Origin: Octopus sinensis
Taxonomy: Eukaryota
Direction: 5' to 3'
DNA length: 64,000 bases
Assembly (NCBI RefSeq): GCF_006345805.1
Contig: NC_042997.1
Coordinates: forward strand, 133,610,001 to 133,674,000
The notes beneath the pieces are model-generated. The model did not search any database, was not told the DNA's origin, and saw only the letters and a list, made by a program, of their open reading frames with translations. Below, in pieces: positions 51,521-64,000 of this stretch. Each line of letters opens with the position of its first letter. The stretch's first letter is position 1. The position numbers and the translations under genes are program-made.

Positions 51521-52950
51521 TATATTATATATATATATATTGCACAGCCACACACACGAAGTTAAGCCTATACGTGCATGTACTCACACATATACAATGC
51601 GCTCGCAAACATATATACATAAGTATACACCTACCTTCGAACACATGCAGGTAGATATATTCATACAGATTCATATATGCACACTTGTACATATGGCTCG
51701 ATCGTTTGTATATCCCTTAGCTACATTACATTATATTATGTTAAATTACATTATCTTATATTATATTATATCATATTATACTATATTGTTCCATATTTCT
51801 TGTTAGGCACCTCGGTTCATTTCACGATAAAATTATCATCATCATCGTCATCATCAACATCATCCCCACCACGAGCACCACCACCACCACCACTACTACT
51901 ACTAACGGTCTTATATTATTGATGTTAGTACTAAGTATATGATGGTGTGGGAGAGATAGTCGTTCTTTCTACTGAGAGGCGGGATGTGGTTTCCCTTATA
52001 TATAAATGCTACGGTGATCGATCGTAGATCAGATTGTGTTGGATATGATTCGTCGTTGTCTAATGATCCGTCAAGTTTATCCATGACAAATTACTACGCA
52101 CACCAGTAGTGTTTAATTCTTTCACCTACACTACAGACCATCTCTTCTATAAAAGTTCTCGCGGTGTCTTTATGCTGCACATCTATGTACTACGAGAGAT
52201 AAACTATGTGGCTAGAATTATAGTTTACTAGTGGGCTAGTTTGGTAAATCATGCAGCTATTATGAGATAGTGATTTTTTTGGAAATAGATGTAACCTACT
52301 AATGAGTAATTTAATGGATTTACTTGTTCTTTAACATCTTTTACCATAATTTTTATTTTCGGTCAATGGTTCCTTAAACATGTGAGCTGGTTCGCTCTTG
52401 AATATAAATATCCGCAAATATATACTGGAATCAACTTTGCCTTTCATCCATCTAGGTTGATAAAATAAAAGTACTGAAGTCAATGGTATTGGCTTAAACC
52501 CACCTCTTAACCCCTTGCAGACGGATTTAGCACTGAAAATCTGTGTTATGTAACGGTTTTAGGCCATTCAGTAACTGCATCATTTTTCATACAACGAATT
52601 TTACAGTATATCATCATGACCGGTTTCTCGCGCCTCTAAAACTTTACGTTTCGGAGTCATACCGATTGTGAGAAAATTCGTAACGCGTTCAATAGCAACG
52701 TCCGTGCTTTTACAGATCATATCGGTTTATGAAACTAAGCGGAATTATTATTCACTTTTGCAAGCTTCTGAGCGGAAGTAAAATTCCCTTTTTCCCACTA
52801 ACAACAGAGATACGCGTGACTACGCATCAATCACATGCACATAACCTCATCTGTGGACCTCACATAATATCAGCAAAAAACAAAAAGAACCCAGCTTATC
52901 CAAAGTTCTACACACAAATGTAGGCTGCGGCCATAGCTGTCATCCACTGG

Positions 52951-53173
52951 AGCTGGCAGAAATGTTAGCACGCCGGACGAAATGCTTAGCGGTATTTCGT
53001 CTGCCGTTACGTTCTGAGTTCAAATTCCGCTGATGTTGACTATGCCTTTCATCCTTTCGGGGTCGATTAAATAAGTACCAGTTACGTACTGGAGTCGATA
53101 TAATCGACTTAATCCGTTTGTCTGTCCTTGTTTGTCCTCTCTGTGTTTAGCCCCTTGTGGGTAGTAAAGAAAT
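52951..53173 (+). mobile_element. SINE family A, young subfamily
   Basis: Ends gtagtaaagaaata|ggtttc. Confidence 0.9.
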
Positions 53174-53631
53174 AGGTTTCTATTGGTCTGATAGTCTAAA
53201 ACTTCCTAGGCGCTGCCCCAGCATGGCCGAAGTCCAACGGCTAATACAACTAAGAGAAATAAAAAACATAGTAGAACATAAAATGAGGAAACTCCATAAT
53301 GTTGAGTGTGACAATTGCCTACGTGCCAAACGCCTGTTTTACATTGTTTTCTAAAACTTACTTATGGTGTGTTAAAATATTTTACTTCAATCAGATTAGT
53401 TAGTTTAGATTAAATTATAATGGTGTATAGCAATACGTTTGTTCTTGTTTCAGGAAGCCAGCGAAATTTATACTAGCAAATGAACAATGATAGTTTGTCT
53501 TTTTTCTGAATAATGTATAATGAATATACGATATGATAAATGAGAATAGAAATTGTCTGTGATGTACAAATTAAGTAACTCGGAAAGGTATCGCAAAAAA
53601 TAATAATAATGATGATGATGATGAACATAAC

Positions 53632-53695
<64 letters not shown>

Positions 53696-53709
53696 GTAAT
53701 AATAATAAT

Positions 53710-53984
53710 ATTTCGTTTTGGGATTTGGTTTGCAAGATTCTTTATATGAGTTCGTGTGTTGAAGCATATACTGCTGTGTCTGGGGAGTCATTCTCTTTTA
53801 GTGCTTTATTATTTAACACACTCACCGGTAAAATTTCCACTTATTTCTTATTTTTATTTTCTAAGATTTTCGTTGCGTGTTGCAACCTTTTCAATAGTCA
53901 AGACTATTTTACCGGTGAGTGTGTTAAATAATAAGGCACTAAAAGAGAATGACTCTCCTCAGACACAACAGAATAATAATAATA

Positions 53985-54016
<32 letters not shown>

Positions 54017-54322
54017 TAATAATAATAATAATATAATAATAATAATAGTAATAATAATAATATTTCGTTTTGGGATTTGGTTTGCAAGATTCTTTATATG
54101 AGTTCGTGTGTTGAAGCATATACTGCTGTGTCTGGGGAGTCATTCTCTTTTAGTGCTTTATTATTTAACACACTCACCGGTAAAATTTCCACTTATTTCT
54201 TATTTTTATTTTCTAAGATTTTCGTTGCGTGTTGCAACCTTTTCAATAGTCAAGACTATTTTACCGGTGAGTGTGTTAAATAATAAGGCACTAAAAGAGA
54301 ATGACTCTCCTCAGACACAACA

Positions 54323-54325
<3 letters not shown>
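53710..54325. repeat. Two identical tandem copies (period 350 bp) of a Penelope-like fold-back repeat, separated by (AAT)n
   Basis: 53710-53972 equals 54060-54325. Each has inverted arms, and a degenerate hammerhead-like motif on the minus strand near 53860-53900 and 54210-54250. Confidence 0.85.
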
Positions 54326-54384
<59 letters not shown>

Positions 54385-54399
54385 GTAACAGCAACAATA

Positions 54400-54617
54400 A
54401 AAATAATGGTTCAAATTTTGGCGCAAGGCCAGCAACTTCGGAGACGGGTAAATCGAATGCATCGACTCCAGTTTTCACCTGGCACTTACTTTATCAACCC
54501 CGAAAGGATACAAGGCAAATCGACCACAGCAGAATTTTAACTCTGAGCGTAAAGATAGTCGAAATGCCGCTAAGCATTATGCCCGGTGTGCTAACAATTC
54601 TGCCAGCTCGCCGCCTT
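54400..54617 (-). mobile_element. SINE family A, older-tail copy
   Basis: Reverse-complement match from head to ccttgcgccaaaatttgaacc tail. Confidence 0.8.
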
Positions 54618-54633
54618 AGAAAACACAGAATAA

Positions 54634-55440
54634 GCCCTGAAACAGTACCAGACAGTGACTCTCATGAATGTTTTGTCTTGGTGTAAAAGACGGGCTACAG
54701 CAAATATCCTGTCCAATACCTATGTCTTTATTACCCACAAGGGGCTAAAGACAGAGGGGACAAACAAGGACAGACATAGGTATTAGGTCGATTACATCGA
54801 CCCCAGTACGTAACTGGTACTTAATTTATCGACCCCGAAAGGATGAAAGGCAAAGTCGACCTCGGCGGAATTTGAACTCAGAACGTTAACGACAGACGAA
54901 ATACGGCTACGCATTTCGCCCGGCGTGCTAACGTTTCTGCCAGCTCGCCGCCTATCCTGTCCAATACCGCTGATTTGCTTGTCAGTTGCTTGACCATAAC
55001 CAGTTGAGCGTGTCCCTTAATGTCTGACGATATGGGCATTTCTGATCACGAGCAGAAGTAGTGGGGGAGCATCATAGCCATGTGATGAGAGGAGTTCTTT
55101 AGGATTTGAATAATTCACCTCTAGAAACATGGGTGTTTTGTTCGACATCCTTAAACAAGCCTTATTCAAGGACGTTTTGAGAGTAATGGGCTACTCGACT
55201 TGAAGAATATTCTAACTGCAAGGACGTTTTGAGAGTAATGGGCTACTCGACTTGAAGAATATTCTAACTGCAAGGACATACGCTGTTTATCTTGATATAA
55301 GATCACCATGTCGCGCACATATAGTTGTGGTGAACGTGTCTAGTTTACCTTTATCAGACGGGTAGTCATGATGGATATATTGGGCGCCGTATACTGGTAC
55401 ACCCGCATCTCTTTCATGGCATATGCTGCTCTCTCACTCA
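54634..55440 (+). mobile_element. Second copy of the (AAT)n-tailed non-coding repeat, interrupted by SINE A, with an internal 53-bp tandem duplication
   Basis: Homology to 35355-35899; the aaggacgttttgagag... unit is repeated at about 55168-55272. Confidence 0.8.
54721..54952 (-). mobile_element. SINE family A, young subfamily, with 16-bp TSD
   Basis: tatcctgtccaatacc at 54705-54720 and 54953-54968. Confidence 0.92.
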
Positions 55441-55461
55441 ATAATAGTTATGATGATAATG

Positions 55462-55537
<76 letters not shown>

Positions 55538-55544
55538 TAATAAT

Positions 55545-55597
<53 letters not shown>

Positions 55598-55599
<2 letters not shown>

Positions 55600-56850
55600 C
55601 CGCAAGCTACTGACTTGTAATAAGATGCTCCATCCAAAGGCAAACATGGATCGTCTTTAACTTCCCAGAGCTCAGGGAGGTCGAGGCTTGATCCAGCTTG
55701 AACTTGCGTACAAAACCACCTCAATCGGACTGGCCAAATACCTTGAAACAACCAACGATTGGATGATAAAACTTGTTGAAAAACATGAAAGATCGAAAAA
55801 ACTTCACTGTATTCCCAGAGAACAAAAAATTTGCAACTGATCTCTTAGATACCCACCAGATTTATCAGGTTGAAGGAAATGCGCCAACTTCTGCTGCAAA
55901 GAAATTAAAATTAATTGCAAAGACAAAAGCACATGAAAAATTAGCTAGCAGATGGGAACAGAAACCTCTGCATGGCAAGTATGTGGCCCGTAGCAAACAG
56001 GCTGATGTCGACAAGAAACACATGCATCAATCGTTACGAAGCTGCTCAAGACCAAAGCTTATTAACCCGGAACTACCAAGCCAAGCCAACGTGATAAAAA
56101 ATGGAGCTGACCCAAAATGCCAATTCTGTAACGATGAGATTGAAACAATAGACCACCTAATCTCAGGATGTAGAGTCTTAGCACTTGTAGAATATAAAGC
56201 AAGACATGTCAGAGTCGGCCAGCATTTACACTGGACAATATGTCGGCATTACAAAATCAAAACCGCTGACAAATGGTATAAACACCATCCTGAATCTGTG
56301 ACTGAGGGAGAAAATGTGTCGATTCTATAGGACTTCCCTGTACATACCGACAAAACTATAAAAGCTAATAAACCGGATATTATTATAAAAGATCAGACAA
56401 AAAAAGGTGTGTTTATTAATTGATATGAGTATCCCTTGCGATTACAATATAGCGGCGATAGAATTTGACAAGGTCAGTAAATATAAAGACTTGCTAATAA
56501 AAATTGAAAATATGTGCCATCTCAAGGCGACTACAGTACCAGTGATTGTAGGATCTCTCGGAATGATAAAAAAAGGTACTGAAACCTATTTGAAAATGAT
56601 ACCAGGCTTACCATCCCTACAAGGACAAATAATCGTGTTAACTGGAATGGTTCATGTACTGAGAAGAGCATTATCGCTATGAAAACAACATCCATTCATG
56701 AATTTGTTTATTTATTAATTTTTTTAAATATATATTTTTTCCTGTGAATTTGCGTGTGTAATCTGGGAATGCATACAATGAGCTTCTCTGCCCTAGATGT
56801 ACGGGAAACACTCGGCGAGAAATGGAAGAAAATTTGAAGAAAGAAGGAAA
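55598..56850 (+). mobile_element. 5'-truncated R4/Dong-type non-LTR retrotransposon (RT thumb, CCHC knuckle, PD-(D/E)XK endonuclease, 3' UTR)
   Basis: DRL*LPRAQGGRGL, WEQKPLHGKY, KCQFCNDEIETIDHLISGC, ANKPDIIIKD...LIDMSIPCD...KVSKYKDL; (AAT)n on both flanks. Confidence 0.92.
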
Positions 56851-56874
56851 ATAATAATGATGATGATGATGATG

Positions 56875-56927
<53 letters not shown>

Positions 56928-57150
56928 TATTTCTTTACTACCCACAGGGAGCTAAACACAGAGGGGACAAGCAAGGACAGACAAACAGATTAAGTCGATT
57001 ACATCGACCCCGGTGCGTAACTGGTACTTATTTAATCGACCCCGAAAGGATGAAAGGCGAAGTCGACCTCTGCGGAATTTGAACTCAGAACGTAGCCGCA
57101 GACAAGATACCGCTAAGCATTTCACCCGGCGTGCTAACGATTGTGCCAGC
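56928..57150 (-). mobile_element. SINE family A, young subfamily, at the edge of (AAT)n
   Basis: 3' end followed by GTTATT on the minus strand. Confidence 0.88.
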
Positions 57151-57558
57151 TCACTAACAAGACTTGCCCCAAACCACTACATCACGAGCGAATGCCCAAG
57201 ACTTGACCAAAACCCCACAAGTTGTGGCGACACGATCAGATAGCGAAAGTGTTGCATTGGAAACAGCAGAAAGTGGGAGTTAGAGAGAGGCAAGACGTGG
57301 TATGAGCACAAACCGCAGCCTCGTATTACCCTTTAAATAACGCATTGTTGCAACTGAATCTTCTACAATATTATGATTTTGTAGAGAAACTCATCAGTAC
57401 ATTACTCCAAGAGCATATCCAAGCAATAAGATAATTACGAGGTGCCTCGGTTTTCATGTATATTTGTTTGATTGTATTGTGTGCCACCTCTGGTTCCTCA
57501 AAAATTACTGCAGTTAGTTCGAAATAATTGCCAATAGATAAATAAGATAAAATATTTG

Positions 57559-57791
57559 AAGGCGGCGAGCTGGCAGAACCGTTAGCACGCCGGGCGAAAT
57601 GCGTAGCCGTATTTCGTCTGCCGTTACGTTCTGAGTTCAAAATCCGCCGAGGTCGACTTTGCCTTTCATCCTTTCGGGGTCGATAAATTAAGTACTAGTT
57701 ACGCATTGGGGTCGATGTAATCGACTTAATCCGTTTGTCTGTCCTTGTTTGTCCCCTCTGTGATTAGCCCCTTGTGGGTAGTAAAGAAATA
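57559..57791 (+). mobile_element. SINE family A, young subfamily, full length with 22-bp TSD
   Basis: gataaataagataaaatatttg at 57537-57558 and 57792-57813. Confidence 0.92.
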
Positions 57792-58423
57792 GATAAATAA
57801 GATAAAATATTTGTGTAGTTAAGAATTTCATGTCGTAATAATGCAGTCTCCGGTTCTATCCCACCGAACAGCACTTTGCAAGTATTTTCTACTGTACTGC
57901 AGGTTGAGCAATGCTTTGTCGGTAACCTTTGATAGACAGAAACTTAGCAGTACGTTGTATGTAGATATTATATGTATAAGAGGATTGCATTTTTGTAGGC
58001 TGAAGCGAAATGCTTGCTAGGCTAACTTAATGTTTATCTAACAGGGCTATCAATGCAAGGCTAAAAGCAAAGACATTCAGGTAAGTTCTAATAAAGGTGA
58101 AAATGCACTGACGTCACGTGATAAGAATGCACCGGGTTTGAAATCATACAGATGGGAATATTTGATGATATAAATGACTGTACGTACACGAGCGCGCGTG
58201 CACACACACACACACACGCATACACACACATACGCACATACACACAAACATACATCACCTTTTTTGCCATAAGAGAGATTTTTTCCCTCGGTAAATGCAG
58301 TGAGTTTGCTTTTAAAAGTCGCAATATGTAACAAAATATGTTTGTTCATGCCTCTGTGTGTGCGTGCGCGCGCACACATGCTTACACATATATACATACA
58401 TATACGCATTCACATATATGAAC

Positions 58424-58474
<51 letters not shown>

Positions 58475-58550
58475 TATTTAGGCAGTGTTGGATTAAAATA
58501 GCCATCTGTATATTATACTTAATGTTAATACATCACCAATGACAAATTTA

Positions 58551-58920
58551 CAAGATGTCCCAGAAAAGTTTTTCCATGTTTAAAACACTTCTTAGCGAAT
58601 ATCGGTTGAGGTAATATTATCTACATTTTACATAAAGATTTCCACATGTTGACGTACCTATTGTTTCGTCTATGACAGGCTTGTAAACAAACATGGCGTC
58701 GAAAGCAAAAACACGACTAGATTGTCGCTTTGAAAACAGCTGATGGGACAACAAGAACATAACGCAACAGTTAAATGTATGCTGTAAAAGAGTGTTCAGT
58801 ACCTGCAAACGATACATGTAATCTGCTTCTATCTCTAGCAAGCCAACTCCTGATAGGAAACGATCAATTCGTGCCAAACTGTTGAAGCTGTGAAGAAGCG
58901 AATGAACCGAAATCATCCCC
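58551..58920 (+). mobile_element. Possible Tc1/mariner-type left-end remnant
   Basis: TA|CAAGATGTCCCAGAAAAG resembles CAGGGTGTCCC-type TIRs and is followed by aaacaaacATGGCG and a broken frame; no right TIR found. Confidence 0.3.
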
Positions 58921-59059
58921 GTGGGAGTACATACACACTACATACATACATACATACATACATACATACATACATACATACATACATACATACGTACATA
59001 CATACATACATACATACATGCATATCTCTCTATATATAAATATATATATATATCTTTTA

Positions 59060-59256
59060 GTTTGTCTTTTATTTGTTTCAGTTATTTGACTGCAGCCATG
59101 CTGGAGCACCACCTTTAGCCGAAGAAATCGACCCCAGGGATTATTCTTTGTAAGCGTAGTTCTTATTCTATCGATATCTTTTGTTGAACCGATAATTTAC
59201 GGGGACGTAAGCACACCAACATCGGTTATCATGGGATGTGAGGGGGAAAACACAGA
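59060..59256 (-). mobile_element. SINE family B, 3' half
   Basis: Reverse-complement match. Confidence 0.8.
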
Positions 59257-59271
59257 CACACAAACATATAC

Positions 59272-59307
<36 letters not shown>

Positions 59308-59330
59308 CATACTATATATATATACATACT

Positions 59331-59410
<80 letters not shown>

Positions 59411-59473
59411 GTGTGTGTGGTGTGTGTGTGCATATGTATATGTATATGTGTGTATATGTATATATATATATAT

Positions 59474-59566
59474 ATAGGCGCTCAGGAAATGGAAGCAGGG
59501 AGGTATGACGTTTCGAGCGGAGCTCTTCGTCGGAAACATAAAGAAGGAAGAGAGAGGAGCGCCTAT
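59474..59566 (-). ncRNA. Minimal hammerhead-like motif enclosed by a 10-bp inverted repeat
   Basis: ATAGGCGCTC...CCGACGA-A-GAGC tcc GCTC-GAAAC-GTC...GAGCGCCTAT. Confidence 0.45.
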
Positions 59567-59711
59567 TAGTTATATTATATATATATATATATATATATTG
59601 TTGGCATCCTTTTTGTCTCGGGAGACAATGGAGTTGCGCATAAAGTAGTCTAGTCCGGCTTTTACATTTCATGTCCTGATACATTTCCTGATGTGGGTGT
59701 GTAGTCCTATC

Positions 59712-59801
<90 letters not shown>

Positions 59802-60373
59802 ATGTATGTATGTATGTATATCTATATGCATATGTATATATATATATAATATATTGTCTATGTATATATATATATGTATAATATTATATTCGTGTGTCCC
59901 ATATGTCTTTGTTTTTACCACCTCTTGATATTTCTATTCCCCTGTAACTTACCCGTAAGCAAAAAAAACCGAGAGAGTAAATTCTCCGAAGCAGTGCACC
60001 AGCATGGCCGTTGTCCAACAAGTGAAATAAGTAAAAGAGAAAAAAATTATATTCTGAGAAAGGGATTGTGTTGTGATGATGATCTGTGTGGGCTTCCATA
60101 CAGAACTACGTTCTTAACTATCCCAGTCACTTTTCTATTCATATCCCAAAAAGTTATTCTATCCAAAATAACCACACTTCCAATCTGGAACAGCTAAATG
60201 CGTTGCGTTTCGAATACCGAAGGGGTGTATGTACGGGGTGCATGTGTTTGCATATGATATATATATATATATGAGTGTGCGTGTGTGAGTATGTGCGTGT
60301 GTGAGTATGTGCGTGTGTGTGTGTGTACACACACGCACAAATATATATATATATATAATATAATATATATATA

Positions 60374-60444
<71 letters not shown>

Positions 60445-60839
60445 TGTATTCAGAGAGAGAGAGAGAAGAGAAGGACATACAGACAAACAGATGAGATATG
60501 TATAACTTCGTTTCCAAACTGCAACAGCTTTACGTGTTTTGAATGTGTGTGCGACCGTGTGTGTATGTAAATATGTACAAATACATGTACGAAACGTAAC
60601 AAATATATAGTGAGAACGTACAAAAAAACAAACAACAAAAGACGAAGACGGGTGTGTAAACAACAAACAGATATATATATATATATATATATATACATAG
60701 ATATATATAAACAACCGTGCGCAATGTTTTCAAGAAATAGAAAACTATAAATGTCAATAAATGCGACTAAGAGTGTTAGAACACCTATGTTGCTAAAAAT
60801 AAGAGTTAAAATGTTCTCATGCTGTAGTTAAAGCACATG

Positions 60840-60905
<66 letters not shown>

Positions 60906-60960
60906 TATATATTATCCTGAGAGGGACTGTAATCGCCTAAAAACACCCAAAGAGAATTCC

Positions 60961-61010
60961 ATATACTAACCGATCAGTTTCGGCTATTTCTGTAGCATCA
61001 TCAGTAGGGA
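60961..61010 (-). ncRNA. Hammerhead-like motif, intact core, stem I not preserved
   Basis: CTGATGA-T-GCTA cagaaa TAGC-C-GAAAC-TGATCG-GTT. Confidence 0.45.
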
Positions 61011-61051
61011 CCGCTCGCTCGGCTGATTCTGGGACACACACACACACGATG

Positions 61052-61097
<46 letters not shown>

Positions 61098-61567
61098 GAC
61101 ATACACAAACTCATATATATACATATGTGCATACATATATACTTACTTCTATGTGTGCGCACGTACGTGCATGCGTGCGTGTGCGTGTGCGAATTATCTT
61201 GCCACAAGATAAGTTTTAAAGCTTTCTGTGTCTTGTTGCAGAACGATATTCATTCAATTGTTTAACCTGTAATAATCTGAGATAACCTTCAATGGATTAT
61301 CAGCTAAATTCCATCTTGATTAAGAAACGACGCCATTTAATTCTCGAATCTTCTTCGATATCTTTAAACCACTTAGTGACAATGATTCTGCATTGCCATA
61401 TTCGATAGCATAAAAGAGAAACTGTAATACAGGACATTGCATATAACGATTCAAGAAATTTAAATCAGTTAATATTTTCATCATAGTAAGAAGAAAAATC
61501 ACTGGCTTTATGATTAATAATAGTGAAATGGAACGGTGGAAACAAGGACGATATGTATATATATATA

Positions 61568-62021
61568 CTTTTGTTTCCGTCATTTGACTGCGGCCATGCT
61601 GGAGCACCACCTTTAGTCGAACAAATCCACTCCTGGACTTATTCCTTGTAAGCCTAGTGCTTATTCTAGCGGTATCTTTTGACGAACCGCTAATTTACGC
61701 GTACGTAAACACACCAACATCAGTTGTCAAGCGATGGTGGGGGAAAAACACAGACACACACACACACACACACAAATACACTCACACACACACACATACA
61801 CACACACACACTCACGCACACACTCACACACACTCATGCACATACACGCATATATTTACGACGAGCTTCTTTCAGTTTCCGTCTACCAAATCCATTCACA
61901 AGGCTTTAGTCGGCCCAAGGTTATAGCGGAAGACACTTGCCCAACGGACCAAGCAGTGGGACTGAACCTGGAATCATGCGGCTGTGAAGCAAGCTTCTTA
62001 CCACATAGCCACACTGTGCCT
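61568..62021 (-). mobile_element. SINE family B, full length
   Basis: Reverse-complement match with internal (CA)n. Confidence 0.85.
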
Positions 62022-63049
62022 ATATCAACAAAAATGAATGAAAACGAGAACGCAGTGTGGGATGAATGTTATATTTCGAAGTACGATGAGAAACCGAACA
62101 GGTTTCAGTGTTATTAGATCTCTTTCAGTGCTGGTATAATCATACCAGCACTGTCAGAATTAAGATGACTTCTCCACTGCATCATTGCAAGAACCGTACC
62201 TTCTTTATTCCCAAGTTAACATCGACTATTATGGTCAGGCCAGGTCTTCTGGAGACCACATCCTAAATAAGTCAGTCTTCGCGTAAACAGTGAGGGTTAG
62301 CAAACAATTTATGGTCATAAAAAAGTGAGAGTAAATTGTCCTAAAAATGATGAAGCGAAATTGCAATAGAAACCTGAAGGGACGCCTTTTTAATCCCTAA
62401 CAGCTTCTGAAGTGAAGAACATATCACTAGATGGTACAAGTCATATAAATGCCTGTGGATGTAGCATAATGAGAGACTCCTTTATATTCTTACGAAATTT
62501 TCAGATGTCACTTCCGATTTCTATCGTAAATTACTTTCACTTTTTTTAACAATTTACATTCACTTTTTTTTACAACAGTAAACTGCATATTAAGCTACTG
62601 TAAGATGGTTGCCAGTTTTCTACCCATCCATATTGTAGACATTAGCCCGATGTCAGTTGGCACAATTTCCCGTGCTTGGCCATCCGAAGTATATTGGCAG
62701 TTTTAGTGAATAAACATTGAGCCGTGTGACAAAAGAATAACTGGCGAGGGAAATACCTACTGTGTTAAAAACAAATTGTAAAGTCTGAGCTAACATATTA
62801 AATGTAGTGAACCAAGAAATTCTAATTAAAATTATACCTGTAGTGATGAGAACAATTATTAACTTAATGAGTTCGGCTTGCTATATTATATAACGTTTCA
62901 TAGAGGCTGGTAGGACACGACAAAAATCTTTGGCAAGGAAAAAACACTCGGCTCTAATAAGTATTATGGGAGATATAACAGCATCTCGAATCGGTAGAAA
63001 ATACATCGGTGATAAAAGTATTGAACATGCGTAAGCTAGGTGCATATAG

Positions 63050-63573
63050 GTATGAGAGTGTGCAAGTGTTAATGTGTCTGTGTGCATGTGTGTGTACATC
63101 TATTCGAGCGTGTGTGTGTGTGTGTGTGTGTGCATATGTGTATATGTGAAAGTGCATCTGAATGTATGTGAGCACGCATTTGTGTATGTATGTATGTATG
63201 TATGTATGTATGAATGTATGTATGTATGTGTATACGCGTGTGAGCGTGCACGTATGTGTATGTTTAAATGTGCATGTGTGCGTATGGGACTCTGTGAGGT
63301 GTGTGTGTGCATACATGAGCGTTTGCGTATGCGTGTGTATATGTTTGTGTGTGTGTGTGAGTGTGTGGGTATATGTTTGTGTGTGTGCGTGTGTGTGTGT
63401 GTGCGCGCGTGCTTATGTTTTAATTGATTGATGGTAGTAAGGCTGATCTTGCCATTGTATACTTAACTCTTTTGTAGAAATTAGTAATATCTATCATAAA
63501 GAATGGAAAATTGGGTGTATGCGTGTGTGTGTGAAAGTGTTTCCGTGCGTGTGTGAATGTGTTTGTACGTGTG

Positions 63574-63614
<41 letters not shown>

Positions 63615-63727
63615 GCATGTGTGCATTTTATATGTGTGCGTCTATGTGTGTATCTTCCTATCTTTCTAGCTATCTCTCTCTATATAAATGCATATATATA
63701 CATGCATATATATATATATATATGCAC

Positions 63728-63773
<46 letters not shown>

Positions 63774-63886
63774 CGATATATAAATACACACGTACATATA
63801 TACATACATACATGTGCGTGATTGTGTGTGTATATGTTTGTGTGTGTATGCGTGTGTATGCGTGTGTGTGAGTGCGTATGTGTGTG

Positions 63887-63954
<68 letters not shown>

Positions 63955-63955
63955 C

Positions 63956-64000
<45 letters not shown>
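63050..64000. repeat. Compound (TG)n/(TATG)n/(TA)n/(GATA)n microsatellite tract; similar tracts occur throughout the window
   Basis: Directly visible simple repeats. Confidence 0.95.

Noticed and set aside
61320-61610. 96-aa minus-strand ORF
   Set aside because: It starts inside a SINE tail and has no identifiable homology or motif.

Overview
AT-rich, microsatellite-saturated animal DNA, most likely an octopus (inferred from recalled SINE families, not from a search). I can support no host protein-coding gene, and most listed ORFs are translations of simple repeats. The window is a nested transposon graveyard. It holds a Gypsy-type solo LTR, a truncated Gypsy element, a decayed CR1/L2-group LINE, several R4/Dong-type (restriction-like endonuclease) retroelement fragments sitting in (AAT)n, four tRNA-derived SINE families, hAT, pogo and Helentron-type non-autonomous elements, and several long fold-backs. 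The main unexplained signal is a dense set of type I hammerhead-ribozyme motifs: about 14 loci from roughly 9 unrelated sequence families. Several keep the full catalytic core (6483-6568, 32310-32356, 49082-49131), most have the short palindromic stem III typical of Penelope-like elements, and one family is built into a tRNA-headed SINE. Other highlights are a LINE and a CORE-SINE that share a 3' stem-loop tail, a young SINE that repeatedly inserts at G-N-T-A-like sites including its own head, a near-perfect 240-bp hairpin, and a palindromic element with internal TTAGGG repeats. All ribozyme calls are by-eye pattern matches and are untested. Homopolymer and microsatellite indels suggest some assembly noise.
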